Source of the DNA: an uncultured virus (IMG/VR IMGVR_UViG_3300021962_006479)
Taxonomy: Duplodnaviria > Heunggongvirae > Uroviricota > Caudoviricetes
Strand: one strand, 5' to 3'
DNA: 56,157 bases
Virus record (IMG/VR): IMGVR_UViG_3300021962_006479
Below the pieces are notes generated by a model that made no database searches, was not told the origin of the DNA, and was given only the letters and a program-made list of their open reading frames with translations. Within the stretch, counting starts at the first letter, position 1. Each line of letters begins with the position of its first letter. The position numbers were made by a program, and so were the translations under genes. This document shows positions 26,317 to 36,801 of this stretch, one piece after another.

Positions 26317-29300
26317 ATGGATTTTACCGGAATAACGATTACAGGCGGATTTAACGCATTACCTACTACTAATGTGCCAGATGCACCTACTATAGGTACA
26401 GCAACTGCAACAGGTGCAAATAGTGCTACGGTAGCATTTACTGCCCCTGCAAGTAACGGTAATAGTACTATCATTAGCTATACAGCAATAAGTACACCGG
26501 GCAATATCACAGGTACATTAGTACAAAGTGATTCTGGTACTATCACAGTAAACGGATTAGTACCAAGCACAAGTTATACATTTACTGTATATGCAACAAA
26601 CAGTATAGGTAGTGGTTCTTTAAGTAGTGCAAGTAATAGCATTACAACAAGTGCTCCTGCTATAAATCCTTATTCATGGGGTACAAATCAATATTATCAA
26701 TTAGCGTTAAGTGATACCGTACCTAGAAGTAGTCCTACACAAATAGGATCAACTGGAGATTGGAGTACGCTAGCTGTAGGATACAGATATACATTAGCAA
26801 CAAAAAATAATGGCACTTTATGGGCTGTGGGTGGACGTGCTGATAATGGCGGATTTGGATTAGGTAGTGGTGTAAGTTATGTAAGTTCCCCTATTCAAGT
26901 TGGGGCATTAACTACATGGAATAACGTTGGTGTAGGTTACTATACATCTACTGCAATAAAAACTGATGGTACTCTTTGGTCATGGGGTCAATTTGGAAGT
27001 GGACCGTTGAATGGAGCGTCAATAGGACTATTATTTGGAGTATCTAGTCCGGTATTAATTGGATCAGACACTGATTGGGTTGATATATTTCAAACTCAAA
27101 GTTTTGGTTTGGGCATAAAAACAGATAACTCTCTATGGGCATGGGGTGATAATACGTATGGACAACTAGGTACAAATTCACCAATTGGTGCCAATAGCCC
27201 TATACAAGTTGGAAATGATACTGATTGGGTTAATATAGGTGGGGGGGCATACAATGCATTGGCAACTCGTACTAACGGAACACTTTGGTCTTGGGGTAAC
27301 AACAGCAACGGAGAGTTAGGTATTAATTCTGTAATATTACGTAGTAGTCCAGTACAAATTGGAGGACTAACTAATTGGTATAAGATTGTTAAATCGTCTA
27401 GTGGATTTTTTACAACACAAACTAGTGTATTTGCTACAAAAACTAATGGTACACTATGGGGCTGGGGTAATAATCAGTTTGGTAGTGTGGGTGACAATAC
27501 TGTTATTAACAGAAGTAGTCCAGTACAAATAGGAACAGATACTAACTGGAATAATATAACTACTGCCGGAAAAGTAGTAACTACTACCTCTACTCAATTT
27601 ACTATTGCAAACAGAACAGATGGCACATTGTGGAGTTGGGGCGGAAATCAAACAGGAGAACTAGGACAAAATGATTTAGTATATCGTAGTAGTCCAGTAC
27701 AAGTGGGTAGTTCTACAACTTGGGTTAATAGTGTTGGTTCAGGTGAAAATTATGTCATGGCTCTTAATGGTAGTAAAACTGCACCAAGTGCACCAACTAT
27801 ATTAGCTGTAGAAGCAGTATCATCTACTAGCGTACGTGTTAGCTTTGCGGCTCCAATTGTTACAGGTACATATAGTTATGTAACATATACTGCAACAAGC
27901 ACACCGGGTGGATATACAGGTACACTATCTAACAAGTCAGGTGGTGGCGGTATTATTGTTAATAACTTAATACCAGGCACAAGTTATACATTTACAGTAA
28001 CAGCAACTAATAGTATAGGTACTAGTGCACCAAGTAGCGCAAGTGATAGTGTTATACCTGTAGATACTCCTAATCCTGAATTATATTTATATTCAGTAGG
28101 TGCTAATCAAGAAGGGCAACTAGGTATAAACTCCACTATCAACAGGTCTAGTCCGGTACAAGTCGGTCAGCTTAGAAGTTGGAAAACTGTATTAAGCGGC
28201 GGGCCAAATGCTACACAAGCTATGTCATTAGGACTTTTAACTGACGGTACATTATGGGCTTGGGGTCCTAATGATTCAGGTCAACTGGGTTTGGGTGATA
28301 CGATATACCGTAGTGCCCCTGTGCAAATAGGAAATGGTTCTGATTGGGAAGCTATTACTGTGTCGGCCGGCATCTACGCCGCGGCAATCAAGAAAGATGG
28401 TAGTTTATGGACCTGGGGTAGCAATGCATGGGGACAGTTAGGACTAAACGATCAAGTGTATCGTAGTAGCCCAACTCAAATTGGTAGTAATACTGACTGG
28501 AGAAATTTAAGAGCAGGTATTGTTAACATGTACATTGTTAAAACAAATGGTACACTATGGGTTACAGGCTATGGCGGACCGCCTTTAGGTTTGATCTCTA
28601 CTGTATCTCGATCAAGTCCGACCCAGATTGGTACTGATACTAATTGGGATTATGTTAGCACAGGTGGCGATGATGTTGCTAGTAGTAGTGTTTTTGCTAA
28701 AAAAATAGATGGCACATTGTGGGCATGGGGCTCTAATAGTTACGGACAGTTAGGACTAAACGATGTAGTAACTCGCAGTAGTCCTGTGCAAATAGGTTCA
28801 GAAACTACGTGGGTAAAAATATCAAGAGGAAGATACAATGCAGCCGCTATTAAAAATAATGGTTCATTATGGACATGGGGGGAGAATGCATTCGGAGTAT
28901 TGGGATTAAATGATACAGTGCATCGTAGTAGCCCGACTCAACTTGGTACAAGTAGCTGGACTGTGGTTAGTGCCGGCCGTACAACAAAAGCCATCAAGAC
29001 TGATGGTACAATATGGTCATGGGGTCCCAATGGTGTTGGTCAATTAGGACTCGGTGATGTAGTTAGCAGAAGTAGTCCGGTACAAATTGGTAGTGACACT
29101 AACTGGTTAAGAGCTAGTTCTGAATTCACAGGAGGTACCGCAATGCTTATTAAAGGTACCGCAGCTAAACCATCAGCTCCTACAAATGTAGTCGCAACAG
29201 TTACAGGTATAAGTACAGTCAGTGTATCATTTACTAGACCATTATCTGATAACGGGAGTGATATCGTACAATATACGGTAACAAGTACTCCGGATAATAT

Positions 29301-32300
29301 CAAAGCTTACTCAACTGTGCTCGGACCAATTACTGTAGTTGGATTAAATCCACAATCAACTTATACATTTACAGTTACTGCAACAAATAGTGTCGGTGAA
29401 AGCTTACCTAGTAGTGCAAGTAATAGTGTTACAACTAATATACCCACTACCGAATTGTATACTTGGGGACTGAATGCAAACGGACAAATGGGTACAAATA
29501 ATATAATAGCTAGAAGTAGTCCAGTTCAAGTCGGTAGTGCTAGTACTTGGTCTACTATTAGTGTAGGATATAAACATGTGTTAGCAACGAAAAAAGATGG
29601 TACATTGTGGGCATGGGGTCCCAATGGTGTTGGTCAATTAGGTGTTAACGATAATGTGACTAGAAGTAGTCCAGTACAAGTTGGCAGCTTGACTAATTGG
29701 AGAGTAGTTTCTGCGACAGCAGTAAGTCAGGACGCAGTTTCACTTGCTGTTAAAACAGATGGTACATTATGGGTATGGGGCGAGCCTATATCTATATCCG
29801 GAATAAGCAACTCAAATAGTACAAACAAAAGTAGCCCAGTGCAATTAGGGTCTGACACAAATTGGTCTAGTGTGTTTAGTGGTCCATATTCTACTTTTGC
29901 ACTAAAAACAAATGGAACATTATGGGCATGGGGAGATAATTCTGCTGGTCAGTTGGGTACAAACAATACAATAGCTAGAAGTAGTCCAGTTCAAGTCGGT
30001 GCTGATACTGATTGGATCAGTATAGGTGGTAATACGCAGAATGTATTGGCAATTAAAACAAACGGTACATTATGGTCTTGGGGAGATAATACATTTGGTA
30101 CCTTAGGTGATAATACTACAATCTCTAGAAGTAGTCCAGTACAAGTTGGCTCATTAACTACATGGGCTAGAATATCTAAAACCCAGTCGACTGGATCAGA
30201 TACTAATTTTTTAATAAAAACAGACGGTACGTTGTGGGTATGTGGGGATTCTAGGCATGGCCAAACCGGATTGAATTCAATTTCTATCGAAAGAAGTAGT
30301 CCAACTCAGATAGGTAGCGACACCAATTGGTCTATTGTAAATGCAGGATATTCTTCTGTTGTAGGTGTTAAATCTGACGGCACATTGTGGAGTTGGGGCT
30401 CTAATTCTGGTGGTATACTGGGATTAAGCAATATCATCCCTCGTAGTAGTCCAACTCAAATAGGTAGTGGTACTAATTGGGTAAATGTATTACCAGCTTC
30501 TCCAGCTAGGGATGTAGTAGGGGCGATAGCAGGAACTACTACTGCTCCTTCTGCTCCTATCATATTAAGTGCAACATTAATTAATGCTACTACAGCTACA
30601 GTTGATTTTCTTGCTCCAATCAGTAATGGAAATTCACCGATCACTACATATAGTATAACTCGTCTTCCCGGCAATGTTCAATATCCGTTAGGGATTATTA
30701 ATACTGTCAATTGTATAGATGGTGGTAGCACAGTGTTTAGTGATTTGACCCTTGACACAACTTATACATTTACAGTAACTGCTACTAATAGTATAGGCAC
30801 TAGTGTTCCTAGTAATTCAGTTTCTGTCGTTACATCAACTACAATACCAACAACAATTGATTATGTAGTTGTAGCCGGCGGTGGTGGTGGTGGCTACGGC
30901 GGTGGCGGTGGCGGTGGTGGTGGTGGCTTCTTGACGGGAACAGGATATAGCATTACACCCGGTGTACCTATTACAGTGATAGTTGGTGAAGGTGGTACTG
31001 GGTCAGTAGATTCAACTCAACCTGGCAATAATGGATCCAATTCTGTATTTGGATCTATTACTGCTATAGGGGGAGGTGGAGGTGGTAGTATCCAAAGTGG
31101 AAGCGCAGGTGGTTCAGGCGGTGGCGGCTCGTCTGTTAGTGGTTATGCAGCTGGCGGTGCCGGCACTATTGGTCAAGGATATGATGGCGGCACCGGTCAG
31201 ACTGTTGATACCGGAGGCGGTGGTGGAGCGGGCGGGGCAGGATCGGATAGTACTGGCACTCCTCTTGATGGCACCGGCAACGGTGGTCCAGGATTGCAGG
31301 CCTTTGATGGTAAATATTACGGCGGTGGCGGTGGTGGAGCACAATCTAATACTAGTACTGGAACAGGTCTCGGTGGAATTGGCGGAGGTGGTCAAGCTAC
31401 TATTTTTCATATCAATACTGGTACTATATTAGGATGTTCAGGGTCTCCTAATAGCGGTGGCGGCGGAGGCGGCGGACGTTCTGGCGGTGCACCTTACGAT
31501 GGTTTCAACGGAGCTGCCGGAGCTGTTGTCCTTCGATACTTGGACTCATATGCACCGGCATCAGTAACGACCGGTACAGTATCAACAATACAACGTGACG
31601 GATATAGATATTATACATTTACAAGCTCAGGCTCAATAACATTTACTACATCGGACCCGCCTATTTATGTTATAACACCGCTATCTTTAAGTGTTAATGA
31701 AGGTTCAGCATTGACATTTAATGCAGGTGGAATAGGTATTATCAATGGAACATATTACTGGACAATAAATTCAAATGTCGGTGATTTTGAAACAAGCTCT
31801 GGATCTTTTACAATTACATCTAATGCCGGTTCATTTACAGTAACACCGACAGCCGATCAATTAACTGAAGGAGCAGAAACATTTACGGTGTCGTTACGAA
31901 TCGGTAGTGTTAGTGGTGATATAGTTGCCACAAGTATTCCGGTGACAATTAATGATATTAGTTTGACACCTACTTACACCATAACACCGGCATCTTCAAG
32001 TGTTAATGAGGTAAGTACATTGACATTTAATGTTGGTGGAACAAATATTATTAATGGAACATATTACTGGTCAATTAATAATATCTCAACTGCGGCAAAT
32101 GATTTTTCAGCCAGTTCAGGTTCATTTACAATAACCTCTAATGCCGGTTCATTTACTGTAACTACAACAGATGATGCAACAACAGAAGGAGCAGAAACAT
32201 TTACAGTGTCATTAAGAACCGATAGTACCAGTGGTACCATAGTTGCCACAAGTAGTACTGTGACGATTAATGATACTAGTACGGCTTCTCTTCCTACTCA

Positions 32301-33159
32301 AAGAGCTATATTTGGATATGGGTCTGCTGGTGATGGTGTCTCAATGACCAATCTAGTATCAAACACCGGTGTAGTTGCTACAGACACTACTGGTGTTGGT
32401 ACTGGTAGATATGGATTGGCGGCAGCAAGTTATGGTGGTGATAAAGCTATATTTGGATATGGTGGTAATAACTCTGCCTTGAATCAATCAATAACCAATC
32501 TAGTATCAAATACAGGCGTGGTTGCTAGTAATACAACAGGTGTTGGTACTGCTAGGCATCGTCTTGCAGCCGCAGGTTATGGTGGTAATAAAGCTATTTT
32601 TGGATATGGCGAAACCTTCGAATACGTGTCAATGACCAATCTAGTATCAAGCACAGGTGTAGTGGCAACTGATACCGCAGGTGTTGGTACTGCAAGAACT
32701 TTATTAGCAGCCGCAGGTTATGGTACTGATAAAGCTATATTTGGATATGGGTTCAGCCCGTCCACTTCAATAACCAACCTAGTATCAAATACCGGTGTAG
32801 TTGCTACTGATACCTCAGGTGTAGGGACTGCTAGAAGTGGATTAGCAGCCGCAGGTTATGGTACTGACAAGGCTATATTTGGATATGGTCATGTAACAGT
32901 ACCGTCAGGTGCTTATGTATCAATAACCAACAAAGTATCAAACACAGGAGTTGTAGCTACTGATACTACCGGTGTAGGCACTGCTAGGGCTAATTTAGCA
33001 GCCGCAGGTTATGGCTCTGATAAAGCTATATTTGGATATGGTCTTGGCCTAACATCAATAACCAACAAAGTAAGTAATACAGGTGTCGTAGCCGGTGATA
33101 CTGCAGGTGTTGGTACTGCTAGATTTGAATTAGCAGCCGCAGGTTATTCATCAACTTAA
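26317..33159 (+). CDS. Giant 2280-aa repeat protein (4 FN3, 3 RCC1/BLIP-II propellers, Gly-rich domain, 2 Calx-beta-like, C-terminal propeller repeats); probable virion fibre/adhesin
   Basis: FN3 (YTFTVTATNSIG), KTDGTLWxWGxN..GQLG...RSSPVQIG repeats, GGGGG runs, TEGAETFTVSLR twice; late motif ATAAATA at 26288-26294; no signal peptide. Confidence 0.8.
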   Translation: MDFTGITITGGFNALPTTNVPDAPTIGTATATGANSATVAFTAPASNGNSTIISYTAISTPGNITGTLVQSDSGTITVNGLVPSTSYTFTVYATNSIGSGSLSSASNSITTSAPAINPYSWGTNQYYQLALSDTVPRSSPTQIGSTGDWSTLAVGYRYTLATKNNGTLWAVGGRADNGGFGLGSGVSYVSSPIQVGALTTWNNVGVGYYTSTAIKTDGTLWSWGQFGSGPLNGASIGLLFGVSSPVLIGSDTDWVDIFQTQSFGLGIKTDNSLWAWGDNTYGQLGTNSPIGANSPIQVGNDTDWVNIGGGAYNALATRTNGTLWSWGNNSNGELGINSVILRSSPVQIGGLTNWYKIVKSSSGFFTTQTSVFATKTNGTLWGWGNNQFGSVGDNTVINRSSPVQIGTDTNWNNITTAGKVVTTTSTQFTIANRTDGTLWSWGGNQTGELGQNDLVYRSSPVQVGSSTTWVNSVGSGENYVMALNGSKTAPSAPTILAVEAVSSTSVRVSFAAPIVTGTYSYVTYTATSTPGGYTGTLSNKSGGGGIIVNNLIPGTSYTFTVTATNSIGTSAPSSASDSVIPVDTPNPELYLYSVGANQEGQLGINSTINRSSPVQVGQLRSWKTVLSGGPNATQAMSLGLLTDGTLWAWGPNDSGQLGLGDTIYRSAPVQIGNGSDWEAITVSAGIYAAAIKKDGSLWTWGSNAWGQLGLNDQVYRSSPTQIGSNTDWRNLRAGIVNMYIVKTNGTLWVTGYGGPPLGLISTVSRSSPTQIGTDTNWDYVSTGGDDVASSSVFAKKIDGTLWAWGSNSYGQLGLNDVVTRSSPVQIGSETTWVKISRGRYNAAAIKNNGSLWTWGENAFGVLGLNDTVHRSSPTQLGTSSWTVVSAGRTTKAIKTDGTIWSWGPNGVGQLGLGDVVSRSSPVQIGSDTNWLRASSEFTGGTAMLIKGTAAKPSAPTNVVATVTGISTVSVSFTRPLSDNGSDIVQYTVTSTPDNIKAYSTVLGPITVVGLNPQSTYTFTVTATNSVGESLPSSASNSVTTNIPTTELYTWGLNANGQMGTNNIIARSSPVQVGSASTWSTISVGYKHVLATKKDGTLWAWGPNGVGQLGVNDNVTRSSPVQVGSLTNWRVVSATAVSQDAVSLAVKTDGTLWVWGEPISISGISNSNSTNKSSPVQLGSDTNWSSVFSGPYSTFALKTNGTLWAWGDNSAGQLGTNNTIARSSPVQVGADTDWISIGGNTQNVLAIKTNGTLWSWGDNTFGTLGDNTTISRSSPVQVGSLTTWARISKTQSTGSDTNFLIKTDGTLWVCGDSRHGQTGLNSISIERSSPTQIGSDTNWSIVNAGYSSVVGVKSDGTLWSWGSNSGGILGLSNIIPRSSPTQIGSGTNWVNVLPASPARDVVGAIAGTTTAPSAPIILSATLINATTATVDFLAPISNGNSPITTYSITRLPGNVQYPLGIINTVNCIDGGSTVFSDLTLDTTYTFTVTATNSIGTSVPSNSVSVVTSTTIPTTIDYVVVAGGGGGGYGGGGGGGGGGFLTGTGYSITPGVPITVIVGEGGTGSVDSTQPGNNGSNSVFGSITAIGGGGGGSIQSGSAGGSGGGGSSVSGYAAGGAGTIGQGYDGGTGQTVDTGGGGGAGGAGSDSTGTPLDGTGNGGPGLQAFDGKYYGGGGGGAQSNTSTGTGLGGIGGGGQATIFHINTGTILGCSGSPNSGGGGGGGRSGGAPYDGFNGAAGAVVLRYLDSYAPASVTTGTVSTIQRDGYRYYTFTSSGSITFTTSDPPIYVITPLSLSVNEGSALTFNAGGIGIINGTYYWTINSNVGDFETSSGSFTITSNAGSFTVTPTADQLTEGAETFTVSLRIGSVSGDIVATSIPVTINDISLTPTYTITPASSSVNEVSTLTFNVGGTNIINGTYYWSINNISTAANDFSASSGSFTITSNAGSFTVTTTDDATTEGAETFTVSLRTDSTSGTIVATSSTVTINDTSTASLPTQRAIFGYGSAGDGVSMTNLVSNTGVVATDTTGVGTGRYGLAAASYGGDKAIFGYGGNNSALNQSITNLVSNTGVVASNTTGVGTARHRLAAAGYGGNKAIFGYGETFEYVSMTNLVSSTGVVATDTAGVGTARTLLAAAGYGTDKAIFGYGFSPSTSITNLVSNTGVVATDTSGVGTARSGLAAAGYGTDKAIFGYGHVTVPSGAYVSITNKVSNTGVVATDTTGVGTARANLAAAGYGSDKAIFGYGLGLTSITNKVSNTGVVAGDTAGVGTARFELAAAGYSST
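32302..33150 (+). repeat. About six tandem ~45-50 aa repeats AIFGYG..SxTNxVSNTGVVATDTxGVGTAR..LAAAGYG
   Basis: Visible at both DNA and protein level; variation concentrated after FGYG. Confidence 0.85.
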
Positions 33160-33220
33160 AATAATAAACACATTTATTACAAAGGAAACAAAATGACAGA
33201 CTTAGAAAACATTCTAACAT

Positions 33221-35272
33221 ATGATTAAAAAAATAATTCTCAGTCCCTGGTCGGCGCTACTAACGCTAGTACTAGTTCTTTCGGTTCGTGTAGCAGATTC
33301 TCAATTCATAGAATCAGTTAGATTAAGATATTTTGATACTCTTATCACTAATAAAGCTCCAACAGAAAACAACATCTACACAGTCAATGTAGATGAAGCA
33401 ACATTGGACAAGTATGGTCAGTGGCCATTACCACGCAACGAATACGCTAAAATAATAGAAGACTTATACAAACGTAATGCAGGTCTTGTTGTATTCAACG
33501 TACTAATGCCTGATAGTGATAGAAGTGGTCAAGATGGTAAGTTAGCATATATTATGAAACAGTATCCTGTTATTCTTCCTAATATACCTAGTGACAAAAC
33601 AAAGAATATTCCACGTAATCCAGGTGCAGCAGTATTAGCTCCTGAATGGTTAGATAGAATAGTTCAGTATCCAGGAATCATTGCTAACGTTCCTCTATTA
33701 GAAAACAGTGCATATGGTGTAGGTACAGCTAATACATTACCAGAGATAGATGGTGTCAATAGACGTATCCCATTGATTGCTAGTGTAGATGGTAAACTCT
33801 ACCCAAGTTTAAGTATGGAAGTACTAAGAGTGGCCGCAGGAGATACAACATTCCAAGTTAAGCTTAACGAGAATGGTGTAGAAAAAATGCGTATACCAAA
33901 GTTTGGTACTATTATTACTGATAATTTAGGACGTATTTGGATTGATTACAGTCAACAAAGCAAACCAGTAAGTTTAATGGATCTACCAAAAGACTTTGGT
34001 GGTGCTATTGTTATAGTGGGCTTAACTGCGAGTGGATTAAACAATCCTGTACCGACAAGTAAAGGATCAGTATGGCCACATGATGTTCAAGCTAGTATAA
34101 TAGGAACGATGCTTAACAATGTTGTTATTGTGCGTCCTGATTATGCTGATGGTGTGGAACTTATCGCTATACTAGCTTTAGGTTTATTAGTTATATTATT
34201 ATCAAGGTGGACATATGCTTTTATTCCAGTTATTATTGTTCTTGGTTCTAGTCATTTTATTGCATCGTATCTATTCACATCCAATCTATGGCTCTATGAT
34301 ATTACCGCCCCTGTTACTGGGATTGGTTTGGTTTATCTTCATGCTTATACTGTCAAGTTTGTAAGTGAATTCTTACAGAAACAACAAATTAAGAAACAGT
34401 TTGGAAGTTATGTCAATCCAACTATAGTTGAAAGATTACAGAAAGATCCTTCACTAATTAAGTTAGGAGGAGAACGTAGAGAATTATCTATTGTTATGAC
34501 TGATTTGCGTGGATTCACTAGTTTAGGCGAGTCATTCGGAGATGACGTTGAAGGCTTGACACAGATTATGAATGACTACATGACTGCATTAAGTGTTCCT
34601 GTATTAAAGAACGATGGTACATTAATTAAGTTCATCGGTGATGCAAGTTTACATGTACATGGTGCACCATTAGACGATCCTAAACATGCAGTAACAGCGG
34701 TTATAACTGCAATGCAAATGATTGATGCTATTGAAGAATTCAATAAAGAGTTAACAGCGAGTGGTCGTCCACCAGTTGGTATGGGTGCCGGTGTTAACAC
34801 AGGTGAAACATTGATCGGTAACATTGGTGCTAAAACTAAGTTTGGTTATGACGTATTAGGTGATAGTGTATCTACTGCGGCTAGGCTAGAAGGCCAGACT
34901 AAAGGATATGGTGTGTTATGTATCATTGGTCCTAATACTAATGAGCAAGTTAAAGATGAAATCTTTACATTAGAGTTAGATTGTATTGCTGTAAAGGGTA
35001 AGACAATTGGATTGAATATCTACACACCATTAAAGACTGATCCTAGTACTATTACAGAATATCTATCAGCACGTGAGATACATGATTTGATGATAGATTA
35101 TTACCGTGAACAGAAATGGGATCAGGCATTGCATATGATAGACCAACTAAAGGGTGAATTTGATTCGCATATGGATGACTATTATGATATAATGATAGAA
35201 AGAATAGGAGAACTACGTGAAAACAATTTACCTACTGATTGGGATGGCGTCTATCGTGCCACTACAAAGTAA
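33221..35272 (+). CDS. CHASE2-domain class III adenylate/guanylate cyclase
   Basis: N-terminal TM, CHASE2 (VDEATLDKYGQWPLPR, DGVNRRIPL), three TMs, cyclase (TDLRGFT, KFIGDA, GNIG, YDVLGDSVSTAARLEG). Confidence 0.93.
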   Translation: MIKKIILSPWSALLTLVLVLSVRVADSQFIESVRLRYFDTLITNKAPTENNIYTVNVDEATLDKYGQWPLPRNEYAKIIEDLYKRNAGLVVFNVLMPDSDRSGQDGKLAYIMKQYPVILPNIPSDKTKNIPRNPGAAVLAPEWLDRIVQYPGIIANVPLLENSAYGVGTANTLPEIDGVNRRIPLIASVDGKLYPSLSMEVLRVAAGDTTFQVKLNENGVEKMRIPKFGTIITDNLGRIWIDYSQQSKPVSLMDLPKDFGGAIVIVGLTASGLNNPVPTSKGSVWPHDVQASIIGTMLNNVVIVRPDYADGVELIAILALGLLVILLSRWTYAFIPVIIVLGSSHFIASYLFTSNLWLYDITAPVTGIGLVYLHAYTVKFVSEFLQKQQIKKQFGSYVNPTIVERLQKDPSLIKLGGERRELSIVMTDLRGFTSLGESFGDDVEGLTQIMNDYMTALSVPVLKNDGTLIKFIGDASLHVHGAPLDDPKHAVTAVITAMQMIDAIEEFNKELTASGRPPVGMGAGVNTGETLIGNIGAKTKFGYDVLGDSVSTAARLEGQTKGYGVLCIIGPNTNEQVKDEIFTLELDCIAVKGKTIGLNIYTPLKTDPSTITEYLSAREIHDLMIDYYREQKWDQALHMIDQLKGEFDSHMDDYYDIMIERIGELRENNLPTDWDGVYRATTK

Positions 35273-35528
35273 CGCCGGAGAGATGATTACCGCTGAACTT
35301 TATTGTTCAGATACAAAAGAAATTGTAGGTAAACTCAAAGAGAAATACAGAGAGAGCCCACTGTTGATTGGCAAAACAGCAGACCAAGCTCGTAGTATAA
35401 TGTCTTTGTGGATTAATCCAAATACTAAATCTTGGTCTATAATCACTACTAAAGGTGATATCACTTGTTTAGTGGGTTCTGGCGAAGATTTTAATTTAGT
35501 TGATTATACTAGAAAACCAAGTACTTAA
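35217..35528 (+). CDS. Small secreted protein
   Basis: AGGAG RBS before GTG; signal-like N-terminus; Cys pair; TCLVGSG. Confidence 0.55.
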   Translation: MKTIYLLIGMASIVPLQSNAGEMITAELYCSDTKEIVGKLKEKYRESPLLIGKTADQARSIMSLWINPNTKSWSIITTKGDITCLVGSGEDFNLVDYTRKPST

Positions 35529-35896
35529 CTTATCATGTAAGCAATGAATAGATAAACCAATTGGTGAGCTAGTTGGTCTAATCCTAAATGATTCCAAAAC
35601 TCTTTAGTTTTGATGTTATTGTTACCATAATTTGATTTGACCCAATCAATATGATAATGTGCAACAAAGTCAATCACACCTAAAATGATTGCGTAAATCA
35701 AATACATATATCCAGTGACAAAAAATACACATAGTGCTGTGAGAATGCCATGCTTGGCACTATGTAATATACCTAGTTTGTCACCATAGATACCTTTACT
35801 AGCTATCTCAGCATCGTTCTGATTAACAAAATCAATGTACCAGTGTTTGATATAAAGTAAGATAAGAAGTTGAAGAATTACTGTTTCCATTTTCAT
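35525..35896 (-). CDS. DUF3307-like membrane protein
   Basis: KHWYIDF, HSAKHG, HYHIDW, GLDQLAH. Confidence 0.75.
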   Translation of the reverse strand: MKMETVILQLLILLYIKHWYIDFVNQNDAEIASKGIYGDKLGILHSAKHGILTALCVFFVTGYMYLIYAIILGVIDFVAHYHIDWVKSNYGNNNIKTKEFWNHLGLDQLAHQLVYLFIAYMIS

Positions 35897-36141
35897 CTAC
35901 GTATGGGTGTATAGTCTACATGTGGTATAGGTCTGTAGTCTTTAATATTGTTAGTGACTATGTTATCACCGTATTTTAATGTAATGTAGCTGAATATTTT
36001 ATCATCATCAGTTATACCTAAAATCAAATGATTAAGGAATGATATCTTTTCGTCTATTGCTTTTTTAATAGTGGGGTCGGCTATTATATCAGTAAAGTCG
36101 TTATTTTGTCTGAAGAAAGTTATGTATCTCATGTTTTCCAT
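35893..36141 (-). CDS. Hypothetical protein
   Basis: ORF packing. Confidence 0.5.
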   Translation of the reverse strand: MENMRYITFFRQNNDFTDIIADPTIKKAIDEKISFLNHLILGITDDDKIFSYITLKYGDNIVTNNIKDYRPIPHVDYTPIRR

Positions 36142-36329
36142 AATGTAAATTTTATGTAATCTATTTCTTCTACAAAGTAAAAACGATAGATACCGGCATC
36201 TTTACCAGCTGATTCTATTATCTCATAGTTCCAATTATTTGTACAGTTTTCTTTAGCCCATTCCACTATAGGACCAAGACCACCGTACCCTATATTGAGA
36301 TCAATCTTGTGTTGGGTATCTGTTAACAA
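36129..36329 (-). CDS. Hypothetical protein
   Basis: GGAG RBS; W...C...W and F.F....D...F.L.W pattern. Confidence 0.55.
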   Translation of the reverse strand: MLTDTQHKIDLNIGYGGLGPIVEWAKENCTNNWNYEIIESAGKDAGIYRFYFVEEIDYIKFTLWKT

Positions 36330-36801
36330 TTACTCCACCTTGTTCAAGAAACTCTAGTCCTTTAGTATCTCTGTATGCTTCTCTATAAAACACATTTTTG
36401 ATACCAGATTGATAGATAGCTTTTGCACAATGTATGCATGGTGCATGTGTAACAAACAATGTAGCATCTTCGCTAGATTCTGTACTTGCGGACACTTTAG
36501 CAATTGCATTCATTTCTGCATGTAATACCTCATCCTTAGTAACTAAACGATATCTACGATTACTTTCTACAGAACTATCATATTCTTCAAATGGATATAA
36601 TTGTCCATCCCAAGTATCACCCGGCATGTATTCTTTATATTCACATTCGTTAGTCCATCCAGTTGGCATACCGTTGTAACCTGTACCTAGAATCTTATTG
36701 CCTTTAACGATTACAGCACCTACATTTAATCTGATAGCTGAACTTAGCTTACTAGTTAGGTCAGCTATATCCATATAATAGTCTATAAATTTTTGTTTCA
36801 T
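36301..36801 (-). CDS. dCMP deaminase
   Basis: VGAVIVK, GYNG, HAEMNAI, PCIHC. Confidence 0.9.
   Translation of the reverse strand: MKQKFIDYYMDIADLTSKLSSAIRLNVGAVIVKGNKILGTGYNGMPTGWTNECEYKEYMPGDTWDGQLYPFEEYDSSVESNRRYRLVTKDEVLHAEMNAIAKVSASTESSEDATLFVTHAPCIHCAKAIYQSGIKNVFYREAYRDTKGLEFLEQGGVIVNRYPTQD

Noticed and set aside
32302..33150. Diversity-generating retroelement target in the fibre C-terminus
   Set aside because: No reverse transcriptase or separate template repeat in the window; differences between repeats include indels and are not adenine-restricted
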